Below are positions 22,331 through 33,166 of a stretch of DNA of 36,331 bases, piece after piece. The number at the start of each line of letters is the position of its first letter. Position 1 is the first letter of the stretch. Source of the DNA: Octopus bimaculoides (Eukaryota); contig NC_068981.1 of assembly GCF_001194135.2 (NCBI RefSeq), positions 120,303,144-120,339,474 on the forward strand. Reading direction: 5' to 3'. The notes under the pieces were generated by a model. The model saw only the letters and a list, made by a program, of their open reading frames with translations, was not told where the DNA came from and did not search any database. The position numbers and the translations under genes were made by a program.

Positions 22331-23442
22331 CATGGTGGACCCTGTTGGGAAATTCTTTTAAAACTTTCTCCAAGTGTAAAGGTTCAAGGTAGGACTAAAT
22401 AGTCAACCACGGCAGTATTTGAACATGAAAACAGACAACATGCTGCTAAGAATTTTGCCTGACATGTTAACAATTCTGCCAACTTGTTGCCTTAAGGGTG
22501 AAGAATATTACAGCTTATATTGTATAGTATAGAGAAAATCCATTCAACTTGTCCATTTGTCACAATATTTCTCTGACACTATGGGACCAATTGTAAACAA
22601 AATTGCATCATATTTTGAGTAAACTTCTGCAAGGGTCTGTCAGACCCTGATATTGCTGTCCCTAGTGTTGAGGATCTCACCTACACTTTATCTACCATTA
22701 AAATCAATTTGATAAAACATTTTTCCAGGAAGATTCCATTGCCTACCATAGTAACAGCTGCAGGGGTTTGCTGTGCTAGCGTTGCTCCCCACCCATCTGA
22801 ATAACACATTTAAAATGTGTTCTGTAATTTGTTTTTTAGAACAACACCACTGCACATGCATATTTAATATTTACTACAAATAAATAGCAATCAAATGGTT
22901 CTCCTATTACACCGTGATACCTAAGATAAGGTAAGGAAGCAGTGAATAATAAACACTCTATATAAACAAAAAAACAGATGGAATGGTCACAGCTGGAAAG
23001 CTTTTATTTGAGCTCAGATCTGCTTGAATAATATTGACCTGAAACTAAGTAGCAACAACCGCAACTACAAAAATAACAAACCAAGTAGGAAGTCTCAACA
23101 TGATCACTTAACATGTTGGAAAAAGCAGGCAAATCTCCTCTAAATTGCATCTTAATGGTTATTTTAAAAATGGAAGGACATTAAATATTGTTATATTTTG
23201 GGATGGTCATTTTTTTTTTCTTCATTTACTATTGTGCATCGATGCATATTTTATCTTATGTCCATTGTCTGGAAATCTTTTGTCACACATCTGTAACCTT
23301 TTCAGTGATTCTTCCATCCATGTGTTTCTTCTGGTTCTGTTTAGCCCAAAAGATAATGGACCAAACAGAACAGGAGGAAACTCATGGCTTCACATCATGA
23401 ATCTTGCAAAACAAATTCATAGATATATTAAATATATTTCTG

Positions 23443-23446
23443 CAAA

Positions 23447-23485
<39 letters not shown>
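23443..23485. repeat. (AAAT)n microsatellite
   Basis: Direct reading. Confidence 0.95.
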
Positions 23486-24478
23486 AAGCTTGGATAGTCG
23501 TAGCCTTTTTTTGTCCTACCTTTGCTTGATAAGGACTGACCTATGGTTAAACAACAGCAATAACGTGAATTTCAATAGTAGTTCCTGCTATCAACAACTC
23601 TTAACAATGAAATTCAGCAGAGATATAATGGTATATCAGATAATTATAAATTTAAACCTAGTTATTTATGAGTGATTTTCTTGTCTTGTAGATAGTATGT
23701 TAAATGCTTTGAACTTGAATGGGTTAAAGCTATGAATAAAACATCAAAAGTAAATAAAATAAACTGAAATTCTCTCCTCAGCCTACTATATTTATTATAT
23801 TTAAATATTTCCTATGATATTATAATTGTGTTTCAAGATCATGCAGGTCAACAATATTTGAAAGATGTTTCATTTGATAAATGTTTTTATTCTACTAGCT
23901 GACAGTTTGCTTTCCATTGTCTCCTTCATATTTTGTCTGGCAACTATCCAAGCCTAATGTTGCTGTAAAGTGACTGATTGGTTAAAATTGACCAATCAGT
24001 GATGCGCACACAAAAGACGTCAGAAGACAGTGGAATTAAGAAAGATTATTCACGTAGGTGTTCTTCAGAGAATTCATGTTGCTCTAGTTAGTGTTACTTT
24101 GCTGGAAGAAGGGATAAAGGGATGAATGCTAATGATGTTGGTTCACCAACTCAAACATTTATGGGCTTTAACCTTGATACGTGGCATTTTGTTCTCAGAC
24201 ACATTATAATAGAATCTTACACCCATAGCACTTCCTTATGAATATAGTCGTCACTTACAAAATCATAGTGGTTTCTTCAGGCTATAATTGTGAATTATTA
24301 TATTGCTGTCTTACAGCAATAGTAGAGCCTTATAAACATACATATTTTATCTTACATCATTATTCATGCACCTTATGACAATAGAAGTCAATTCCAGCAT
24401 ATATCATAGGCTATAGATGTGTCTGACAACATTATGGTAGTGCTATACAACTATGTATAATACTGCCTTACAGTTACA

Positions 24479-24836
24479 CAGAGTGGCCCAAAATTAGGTT
24501 TACAGTTATTCAACAATCTTTTTCACATTCATATATTAACAATTCAGATCTTAATTATAAAAAAAAAAATATGAAACTAGTATTCTATGCTAATTTAGTT
24601 AATTGTAAGATAGAATAAGATACTCTTTACTCTTTTACTTGTTTCAGTCATTTGACTGTGGCCATGTTGGAGCACCACCTTTAGTCGAGCAGATCGACCC
24701 CAGGACTTATTCTTTGTAAGCCTAGTACTTATTCTATTGGTCTCTTTTGCCGAACTGCTAAGTTACAGGGACGTAAACACACCACTATCGGTTGTCAAGC
24801 GATGTTGGGGGGACAAACACAGACACACAAACATAT

Positions 24837-24891
<55 letters not shown>

Positions 24892-25142
24892 TACGACGGG
24901 CTTCTTTCAGTTTCTGTCTACCAAATCCACTCACAAGGCTTTGGTCGGCCCGAGGCTCTTGCAGAAGACACTTGCCCAGGGTGCCACGCAGTGGGAATGA
25001 ACCCAGAACCATGTGGTTGGTAAGCAAGCTACTTACCACACAGACACTCCTGTGCCTATAGAAAATTAAATGTAATAAAATGTTTTAAAAGAAATTTAAA
25101 ATGCCTATGTGATAACTGTAAAACTACTTTTGGGCCACCTTG
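24479..25142. mobile_element. Tc1/mariner-type MITE carrying a SINE insertion
   Basis: TIRs cagagtggcccaaaattaggtttacagttat and (reverse complement) caaggtggcccaaaagtagttttacagttat, with TA on the right flank. Confidence 0.75.
24618..25057 (-). mobile_element. Full-length tRNA-derived SINE with internal (TA)n
   Basis: Collinear with the reverse complement of 13535-13898; CpGs largely retained. Confidence 0.88.
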
Positions 25143-25386
25143 TATTAATGCCTTACAACTGTAACAATGTTTTGCAACTATAATAGCGCCTTGCAACATA
25201 ATTACTGCCTAAAGATTTGTTGCTAGATTACCAATGTGTGAATTTCAATGTGGTCAACTGACCTGTGAGAGATAGCAGCCAAATTTCCAACATATCATAC
25301 CTATCCATATTAACAAGGAAGAATGTGTCAGAAAGAGAAATATAGAAGAGCCATAGTTAGAACACTTACCCTTAGGTCTGGGGCCA

Positions 25387-25478
25387 AACAACAACAACAA
25401 CAACAACAGCAGCAGGACCACCACCACCAACAACAACAACAACAAAAACAACAACAACAACAACAGCAGCAGCAGCAA
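25387..25478. repeat. (CAA/CAG/CAC)n trinucleotide array
   Basis: Direct reading. Confidence 0.95.
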
Positions 25479-27589
25479 CTGCTTTCTTTATATAGTAGGA
25501 CTCTATTATATTATAATAGTGCCTGACAACAATTAAAGTATCTTACAACATTTAAAGCTGTTGTCATGTGGTTTGCTTGTTGCTTGAGTTGAGCTCGTCA
25601 GTGGTGATATACTTCAAATGTCTAAGTTACCATTGTCAAAGTGGATGGCTTTATTATCATTGTTGTATGAATATTATTTCAGCATTGTTGTAGTGTATGT
25701 GTAGAATGTTGTGGCTTGCTGCATGAATAAAAGCTGGAGCAAACACAAGGATATTTAACTGTAATGTTTATTGCCAGGTATAATATATTTGGTTTTGGCT
25801 ATTTACAATGAACAATATTATTAACTGCTGACTGTGAAGAGAGAAAAACTGTTCTGTGAATGTGGAAAGCTATCTGAGGGACATCACGTATCACGTAGCA
25901 CGTGTGAGTGTCTGGGGTTGTCTGCGCAATAGTCTGAGGCGGTCTCTGGCATCAGCAGTCTGTTGGTCATTTAGTCACTAAGTTAAGCACCAAGTGGTTT
26001 TTACAAGGAGTCAGGATAAATTCTAGAACATTTGAGAAAAACATATCACACTTTTAAGAAAACGATATCATGCTTTTGAGAAAACTATATCATAACTTCA
26101 TGCTGATTGGTCAATTTATAGATCAATCACGTGAAACTGTAGTGGCTCACTTGTGATGTCTCACTTGTGGTGCCTAACCTAGTATCTAGCAGTTAGGGTT
26201 TGAATCCCTACTACACTATATAGAGTCTTATAAGATTATACTAATGCCTTAGAACTTAGCTGAAAGGTATTACTATGGTAATACTTTACAGCTAAGGCTA
26301 TTAGGTTTAAAACTGCTTGGTCTGGAAGAAAGTTACTGTGACCTGGGTCTTCACAGACCCTCTGAGACTAATAACATTATGCATTAGGTATTTTTCTTAA
26401 ACAGCTGCTGAGCAAAGAAGGAGTGGGGCAGAGAGTCATCACAGATAAATACTGAGACCATTCTGGCTGATTTCAGTTTAAATACTGAGATCACATTTTG
26501 CAATACCATTTTAATTTAATTACAGCACAGCAAGCTGCACTGTTATCAAATACTGTTATGGAAATCAAGAAAAGACTACAATTATTGAATTTAGAATGTA
26601 TTTGTAATAAATCAATGTAACAGAAAATAACTACACCAAAGTATTCTCTCTGAAAGTTACAGTTGGTATTATTGTTAGTGATATTGGTTGTGGGTATTGT
26701 GAATATGGCAGTGCTTAGCCACCAACTTGTATTAATCAAGGAGTTCTATGATTAACAGTGTTCTAGTTATGGCTATTACATCTTTTCTTTAGGTACAATG
26801 AGTTTAGTAGTATATTACCCAAAGGTGGAGTGACTGCATAGAGGATTCCCAGATTTCTTCTTTATGTTATGATATATTGGTTTTGCTGGTTGATTCTTTT
26901 AGGAGAAAGTCAAGGAATAGTGGTTATTACAATTTCCATGTTTGCATTGAAATTTTTATGTTACCATTGGTTGCCTGAAGTATGTTCTGTGGTTTACTAG
27001 TTTGTGCTTTTGTGTTGACAAGGAGACTTTTTTTCACCCTGGTACTATTGTGTAAGTGTGTGTGTGTGTGTTCTATGAGTTTGTGGTTATGTGTGAGATA
27101 AGTTATGTAGTTGTGCATTCTATTTTATGAGTTTTAAAGAAATTCTTTGCATAAAGCAAGCAATAGTTAATAATGGTCACTCTAATAAATTAGTAAACCA
27201 GGCCATACAACAATGTAAGAACAAATTCGCCCACACCCACACCAAAACAATAGATGCAACACCCATTAAAAATACACAAACCACACATCATTCTCAATAA
27301 GAACCTGATACATACTGGTTATGAAATGTATGAATATATTATTAAAAACTCCATAAAGCAACAATCTGTGCAATATCTCATCACAAATTGATTGGTTTTT
27401 GGTTAGATATTGTTCCATGCCCTGCTTATATTTAAAAAAAATAATACACCCACTAACAGGCTAAGTTAATACATATAGAGAGGTAGTCTCCTCCTATTCA
27501 AGGCTTGACCACTTCTTGTTGGATGTTTTTCTCTGTGCATGAGTAGCTACATGGTTTTTGGGTCCTGAGAGCTATTTGAAATTTGCATT

Positions 27590-28480
27590 GCATCATCATC
27601 ATCATCATTCAGCATCCATCCATTCTGGCATAGGTTGGATGGTTTGACCAGGGCTGGCATGCTGGAAGGCTGTACTAGACTCCAGTCTGATTTGGCATGG
27701 TTTTCTATGGCTGGATGCCTTCCCTGATGCCAACCACTTTGAGAGTGTAACAGATGTTTTTACATGCCACCAGCATGGGTGCCATTTACATAACACTGGT
27801 ATCTGTCACGACTGTGATTTTGCTCAGTTTGATGGGTCTTCTTCTCAAACACAACATAATTCAAAAGGTCTCGGTCACTGTCTCTGTAAGGCCCAACACT
27901 CAAAAGGAACTCAGCCACTTTGCCTTCGTGGAGCCCAACACTTGAAAGGAACTTGGCCACTTTGCCTCTATGAGGCCCAACGCTTGAAAGAAACTTAGCC
28001 ACTTTGCCTCTGTGAGGCCCAACACTCGAAAGGAACTCAGCCACTTTGCCTTCATGAGGCCCAATGCTCCAACGGTGCTCTTTATGTGCCACCAGCATGG
28101 GTGCTAGTTATGTGACACCAGTGTCAGCCATGACTGCGATTTCACTTAGCTTGACGGGCCTTCTCAAGCATAGCATATCACAGGTCATTGCCTCTGTGAG
28201 GCTCAAAGTTCAAAGATCATGCTTCACCACTTTGTCCCATGTTTTACTGAGTCTATCTCTACCACAGGTTCCCTCCACAGTTAGAGATCGGCACTTTTTT
28301 ACACAGCTGTCCTCGTCCATGTTCATCCCATGACCATATCAGTGCAGTCATCTCTCTTGCACACCACATCTGATGCTTCTTATGTCTAACTTTTCTCTCA
28401 AGATGCTTACACTCTGTTGAACAAGCACACTGACATTGCACATTCAGCAAAGCATACTGGCTTCAGCTGAGACATGTTTA
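27590..28480 (-). mobile_element. 5'-truncated RTE LINE: RT C-terminal region, 3' UTR and (TGA)n tail
   Basis: Minus-strand frame LREKLDIRSIRCGVQERRLHWYGHGMNMDEDSCVKKCRSLTVEGTCGRDRLSKTWDKVVKHDL matches the RTE RRL.W.GHV.R..R.RGRP..TW motif. Confidence 0.9.
27888..28068. repeat. 42-bp minisatellite, about 4.3 copies, inside the RTE 3' UTR
   Basis: Unit gaggcccaacactcgaaaggaactcagccactttgcctctgt. Confidence 0.9.
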
Positions 28481-28739
28481 TACTGTTTGTTCCATGCAAA
28501 TTTCAAACAGCTCTCAGGACCCCAAAACCACATAGAAAAACGCATCCAACAAAAAATGGTTAAGCTTTGAATAGGAGGAGACTACTTCTCCATATGTATT
28601 AACTTAGCCTGTTCATAGTGGGTGCATTATTTTTTTAGATATAAGGAGGGCGTAGAAATAACAGTATAAATATCTCTCAGCTGAAGTAGCACAGTGTTGT
28701 TTGTCTCATCTTATTTCTGGATATTTAAATGCCTTTTTA

Positions 28740-29110
28740 GACCAATGCAAGATGTATGTCTTACTACTACAAATATGGTATATGAGCATGTCCGCTGGAA
28801 CAGCCATTATGTCATTTCAGTCAACTGTATGAAGGTGAATTCTGAGAAGTGAAGTTAAGCCAGTTGCTCAATGTCTTATCACACGTTAAGCAAGTGAATG
28901 ATAACTCTGTTTCTATGTTTAGAAAGATGTTAATTTTCTGCACTGCTCTTTTCATTTTTGCATACTTTTGTTTTCTACAAACTCTTTTGCCCCAAGATCA
29001 AATCATTTTTTGCCTTTTATTTCTGACAAGAGCAATAGATTCAACATCTTTGTACGTATATTAACATCCCTAAGATTGGTTTTAGAAAATCTGCATACCA
29101 CCCTTTTTCT
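28740..29110 (-). mobile_element. Possible pogo/CENP-B-like transposase relic
   Basis: KGWYADFLK resembles the GW...FLKR motif of the pogo HTH region; the frames are badly broken. Confidence 0.3.
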
Positions 29111-29459
29111 GGTGGAATTCTGCTTTAAGTATGCCATATAACCCCTCATAACTTAAAACAGAATTCTGCCTTTTTCTTCTGTCTTTTTTTTTTTGGCTTG
29201 CACTATTGTTACTTTTCCAACAGATAGCTCACCATACATACATACATACGTACGTACGTACATATATACATACATACAAACAAAAGAAGTTTTAATTAAA
29301 ACTTTACTGCAAGCTAATTCACTGGCTTCTTACACCCCTTTCTGAATTTCCATGCCACACCAAAATATTACTGTGGTCCACAGGGTGGGATGCAGGTATG
29401 CACCCCACCTTGAGAAACACTGGGTTAGAATATATTACAATAACCAGCAACAGCAGCAA

Positions 29460-29812
29460 AATAGGTGCTTGCTTTCAAACCACATGGTTCTGAGTTCAGT
29501 CCCACTGTGTAGCACCTTGGGCAAGTGCCTTCTACTATAGCCTTGCAAGTGGATTTGGCACACAGAAACTGAAAGAAGTTCAGCATGTGTGTGTGTGGAT
29601 GTGTGTTTGTCCCCCACCACTTGATAACTGGTGTTGGTGTGCTTATGTCCCCCTAACTTAGCAGTTCATCAAAAAGAGTTTGATAGAATAAGCACCAGGC
29701 TTACAAGAAAAATAAGTACTGGGGTTAATTCTTTTGACTGAAAATTCTTCAAGGCCATGCCCCAGCATGCCCACTGTCTAATGACTGAAACAAGTAAAAG
29801 ATAAAAGAAACT
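29460..29812 (+). mobile_element. tRNA-derived SINE, CpG-depleted copy
   Basis: Collinear with 13535-13898; no CpG seen in this copy. Confidence 0.85.
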
Positions 29813-30531
29813 GCATCCTAAAGACCAGCTTCCTCTTCAGAGAAGAAAGATATTTCTACCCTGATTAGTTGAGCAAAAGCAGGTGATGTTGCTGCTCCAC
29901 ATACAAATATCAATGACTGCATTCAAAAATAGACCAGCTGAATAAGTAAATATCAACTCACCAGCAAGAGAATGTATACACAGTCACTCAGCATGCTAGA
30001 AGTAGTTGCCAAATTTCTCTCAAGTTGTTCCCTATTGTCTTGGAAATGACTCTTTACTGTTGATATGTTGTTTGAAGAAATATGGCTGTTCTCAGTTGGT
30101 ATGTTTTTAATTGTATATCTGTTCAACCAGTTCTAGTGAGAAGGTTGGAGCTAAAAAGCATCGACCATTAGCTCACATAGATGCTGTTTCTTCCTCTGCA
30201 ACTCGAATGTCTTCTGCTCTATTAAACAATCTATTATAATCTATTTCCACCAAAGCCTAATCCTGAATTTACATTGCCTCAGTTCATTCAACATCTCAAC
30301 TGTGTCACTACATTCAAAACCTTGTGCTAACTTCTTTGTCTAACCAATCCTTTCCAGGGCAGTAAACAGCTGAAACTAATTATCTGCCCAAGTTTTCTCA
30401 GAGTCACCAACATGCCCATGATGAACATTAACTGCATTAGTTTTCACAGTCTAGAAGGATCTGCAAAGCTCTTGAATACTGTCCATCCTCTTCTTTTGAC
30501 TGAATATGTGTATGTGTGTATACATATATAT

Positions 30532-31555
30532 ATTCAGCAGTATAGGCACCAAGCAGTGTTTAGGTATAAGTGAATTTTAGGTTAGTTAAAATATGTTTGT
30601 AACATAATTCAACTTTTAAAGGCAAATTCATTCCAGTTACTATGGAGAAAAAAATCTTCCTTACAGTAAAAGGTGCAAAATACCATATCTTCCCAGTGTT
30701 GATCCCTGTTGGATTCCCAAATGTAGCATTTCTAGCTCTTCAGCTGTTATAAATGGGATATATCGAAAAGAGGGCATTCTGGGCAGATTAAAAGTTGTGG
30801 CTTTAACTTGTAGCATGGCACAAGAAGCCAGTGCCATTTTGTACGATATCTCGCCGGCAGCAATTACCATGTCCGTGACAAGAGTGAGATCTTGCCTACA
30901 ACCATGTTTGACATGTGCGAGACCACAACGAGGCTCTCGTAGGCAACATCTATTTAAGTTGTATTGAGCAACCTGTTCTCTTCTCTCGCGTTGGCGCTCA
31001 CGTTGAACAACACTGCAACCTAGCAGCTCACAGCGGATTCTTAACCCGCTCTAACTTTACCCATTATCTCCAGAGGTAATGTACCTCGCGCGAACGGAGC
31101 TACGACGCGCTGACATACAGATGGTCGCCGGGATCAAACCCCATGAAATGAGAACCAAATAAACAACAATTAAATTGCATCCGCTTGTAAGCCTCTTCGT
31201 GTTCCAGAATCCTAAGACTACAAAAAATAATTGTAATGAGAGATGGCGATACTCCACAGGTATCAGGAACCTTCTAGTTCCATTATAAACTAAAACACAA
31301 TCAATAGCATTGACCGAGTTGCACTATTAGACAGCTATGTTGGGATTCAGCAGTATCAGTGCCAAGCAGTATTTAGGCATAAGCTAAAAATGCTGCATCT
31401 GGGAATCTGACAGTTGGGGGCAACACTGGGCAGATGTGGTGTTTTTACATCTTTTACCAGAAAAGAGAATTTTTTTCTCCATGGTAACTGCAGTGAATTT
31501 GCCTTCAGAAGTTGAAATATGTCACAAACATATTTTAACAAATCTAAAGTTCGTG
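30532..31555. mobile_element. Two partial, oppositely oriented copies of one MITE (30532-30740 minus; 31345-31555 plus)
   Basis: The roughly 165-nt bodies align as an inverted repeat. Each copy keeps one about 40-bp TIR of the form attcagcagtat..ccaagcagt.tttagg.ataag. Confidence 0.7.
30841..31260. promoter_or_regulatory. CpG-island-like segment; candidate promoter or first exon
   Basis: Hand count gives about 24 CpG in 30841-31200 (360 bp) versus about 3 in 29341-30840 (1500 bp). Confidence 0.55.
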
Positions 31556-31842
31556 TATATGCATGCACACACACACAAACGTATGAAACTAAATATTGTT
31601 GGTGGGTTTAATAGCAGAATTTCAGATAAATCCACACATTTAATGCTGAATTAAGGCATGGACACTGGACAGATGCCTAAGGTTCATGAATCCAGGGACT
31701 CGATTCTAATCTATGTACTGTTTCTTGTAGCTTGCTGTTAATAAATAAATACTATAAGGCCTAGGACATTGATGTGCTCAAGGGCCTATAACGTTAATGG
31801 GCACTGAATACATCATTATATCATAGGAAAAGAAACGATTAC

Positions 31843-33166
31843 GGATCTTTTCTGTTTGGCTGCCAGCATTTCAGAAATGTTTATCGAAATTTTTTTAATT
31901 TGGCACATTAATGTAGTTTTCCAATCTGAACCGAGGAGTTATTTCACTTTTTCCACTAAAATGTCTTTAAAAGGTTTAAAGTTTGATCATTTTCACCTAG
32001 TCAGGAAACGGGATTTCGAAGCTCTCATTTTGTGTGTGACTGGACATTTTGTCATCCTGAGAAAAGCATTTCTCTTCTATGAAACCGTAAACAAATGAAT
32101 TATACACAACATATAACACTCAAAACTCTTTATTTTTCTGAATTTTCAGAAAATGTTTGCAAATTTGTATTCTACAAGTGGGACTTCATACAATTATGCC
32201 CCACTCAAGTGTGGTGGTGTATGATTTAAGGCCTGTTTAACTGTTATTTTTAGCACACTTCATAACCACTTCAATGACAAAAAAAAACGAGTAAACAGCA
32301 CATTATGTAGTTTTAAATATTCAATATGCATTTAATGCGATAAACAACACATTACAAATTAAATATTTCTCCAAATAAGAAACTTATAGCACAAACTTAA
32401 AAGATTTATCCAAAAACAAAACAGCACATTACAAATTAAATATTTAAAAAAAACAAACATCCCAACAATCTTCTCAGGATCACCAACCTTAACTGGATAA
32501 TGGAGTAAGTCCTCTGAACATATTTCCCTAACATAGCTGTTATAATCAACAGCAGTGCAATGGCTCATCCCCAGTTTTGAACACAAAATTAGACTGAAGT
32601 CAATTCCTTAGCTCATGAGTAAAGGAAAAACTCTACAGTCCTAAGAGAATGGGTGCCACCTTCAAACCATGTATCTTTCCTCAATGACACAAACTCCATG
32701 GCGTGAGCATCGCCGATACATATTCGCACCACGTTTTCTAGTTCTCATAAAATGCTTCTTCGTTTTGCATAATTTTCTTTTGGGTATAACACCCATTTCT
32801 TGCAAGTACAAAGGCGCATCCTCATCTGGTGCGTGATTTAAGGCCTATTTGGCTGTTATTTTTAGCACACATGACAACCGTCTCAATGACTGGAACATAT
32901 TAGTCAACACGTGCTTTCTTGCAGACTAAAGAGTTCTCATGTTTGGGTTGTCACTATGGAAACAGACATGAATATATATGTGGCTCACGACTGGCTAAAA
33001 AGTAACCCAAAATTTTCAAACTTTAATAGCTAATAACTTTTTATTTATTAATTTATGGGGAAAATGATTTTTATGGTATTGATTAGCCTATAAAAGTGTA
33101 TCATTACACTATGTGTGAAATCAATTCGAAGTGAAATTGACGCTGGCAGCCAAACAGAGAAGATCG
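31843..33166 (-). mobile_element. Merlin (IS1016/ISXO2-like) DNA transposon, internally deleted
   Basis: 25-bp TIRs GGATCTTTTCTGTTTGGCTGCCAGC and (reverse complement) CGATCTTCTCTGTTTGGCTGCCAGC; 8-bp TSD acgattac (31835-31842) and aagattac (33167-33174). The minus-strand relic at 32461-32825 reads DAPLYLQEMGVIPKRKLC, VSLRKDTWFEG and HCTAVDYNSYVREICSEDLLHYPVKVGDPEKIVG, stopping just before the expected EIDE catalytic motif. Confidence 0.88.

Larger units (their letters stand above)
27416..28655. mobile_element. Foldback element with about 165-bp arms (27416-27588 and 28494-28655), interrupted at its axis by an RTE fragment
   Basis: Arms align as inverted copies (e.g. aacaggctaagttaatacatat..gtagtctcctcctattcaa..ggtcctgagagct.tttgaaatttgcat). 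Confidence 0.85.

Noticed and set aside
22620-22805. Exon-like patch (plus DPDIAVPSVEDLTYTL; minus WVGSNASTANPCSCYY|gtaggc)
   Set aside because: Several equally plausible frames with weak acceptors and no recognisable homology.
25254-25526. Poly-Gln and poly-Leu ORFs
   Set aside because: Both are read-throughs of a (CAA/CAG)n microsatellite, with no flanking coding context or splice signals.
27888-28068. CRISPR-like periodicity
   Set aside because: Units are directly tandem with no unique spacers, the context is eukaryotic, and there are no cas genes.
27760-28098. 112-aa ORF with 14-aa repeats (PHEGKVAEFLSSVG)
   Set aside because: It is the translation of the 42-bp minisatellite in the RTE 3' UTR, downstream of the RT stop region.
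30150-30490. Protein-like fragments on the minus strand (KKLAQGFECSDTVEMLNELRQCK; VEIDYNRLFNRAEDIRVAEEE)
   Set aside because: Interrupted by stops and a frameshift, with no usable splice pair and no recognisable family.
30661-31050. 130-codon open frame on the minus strand across the CpG island
   Set aside because: Its 3' part runs into MITE sequence, no domain was recognised, and stop-poor frames are expected in GC-richer DNA.
31020-31060. taaccc as a telomerase RNA template
   Set aside because: Only one 6-nt unit is present; a template needs about 1.5 repeats (e.g. CUAACCCUAA).
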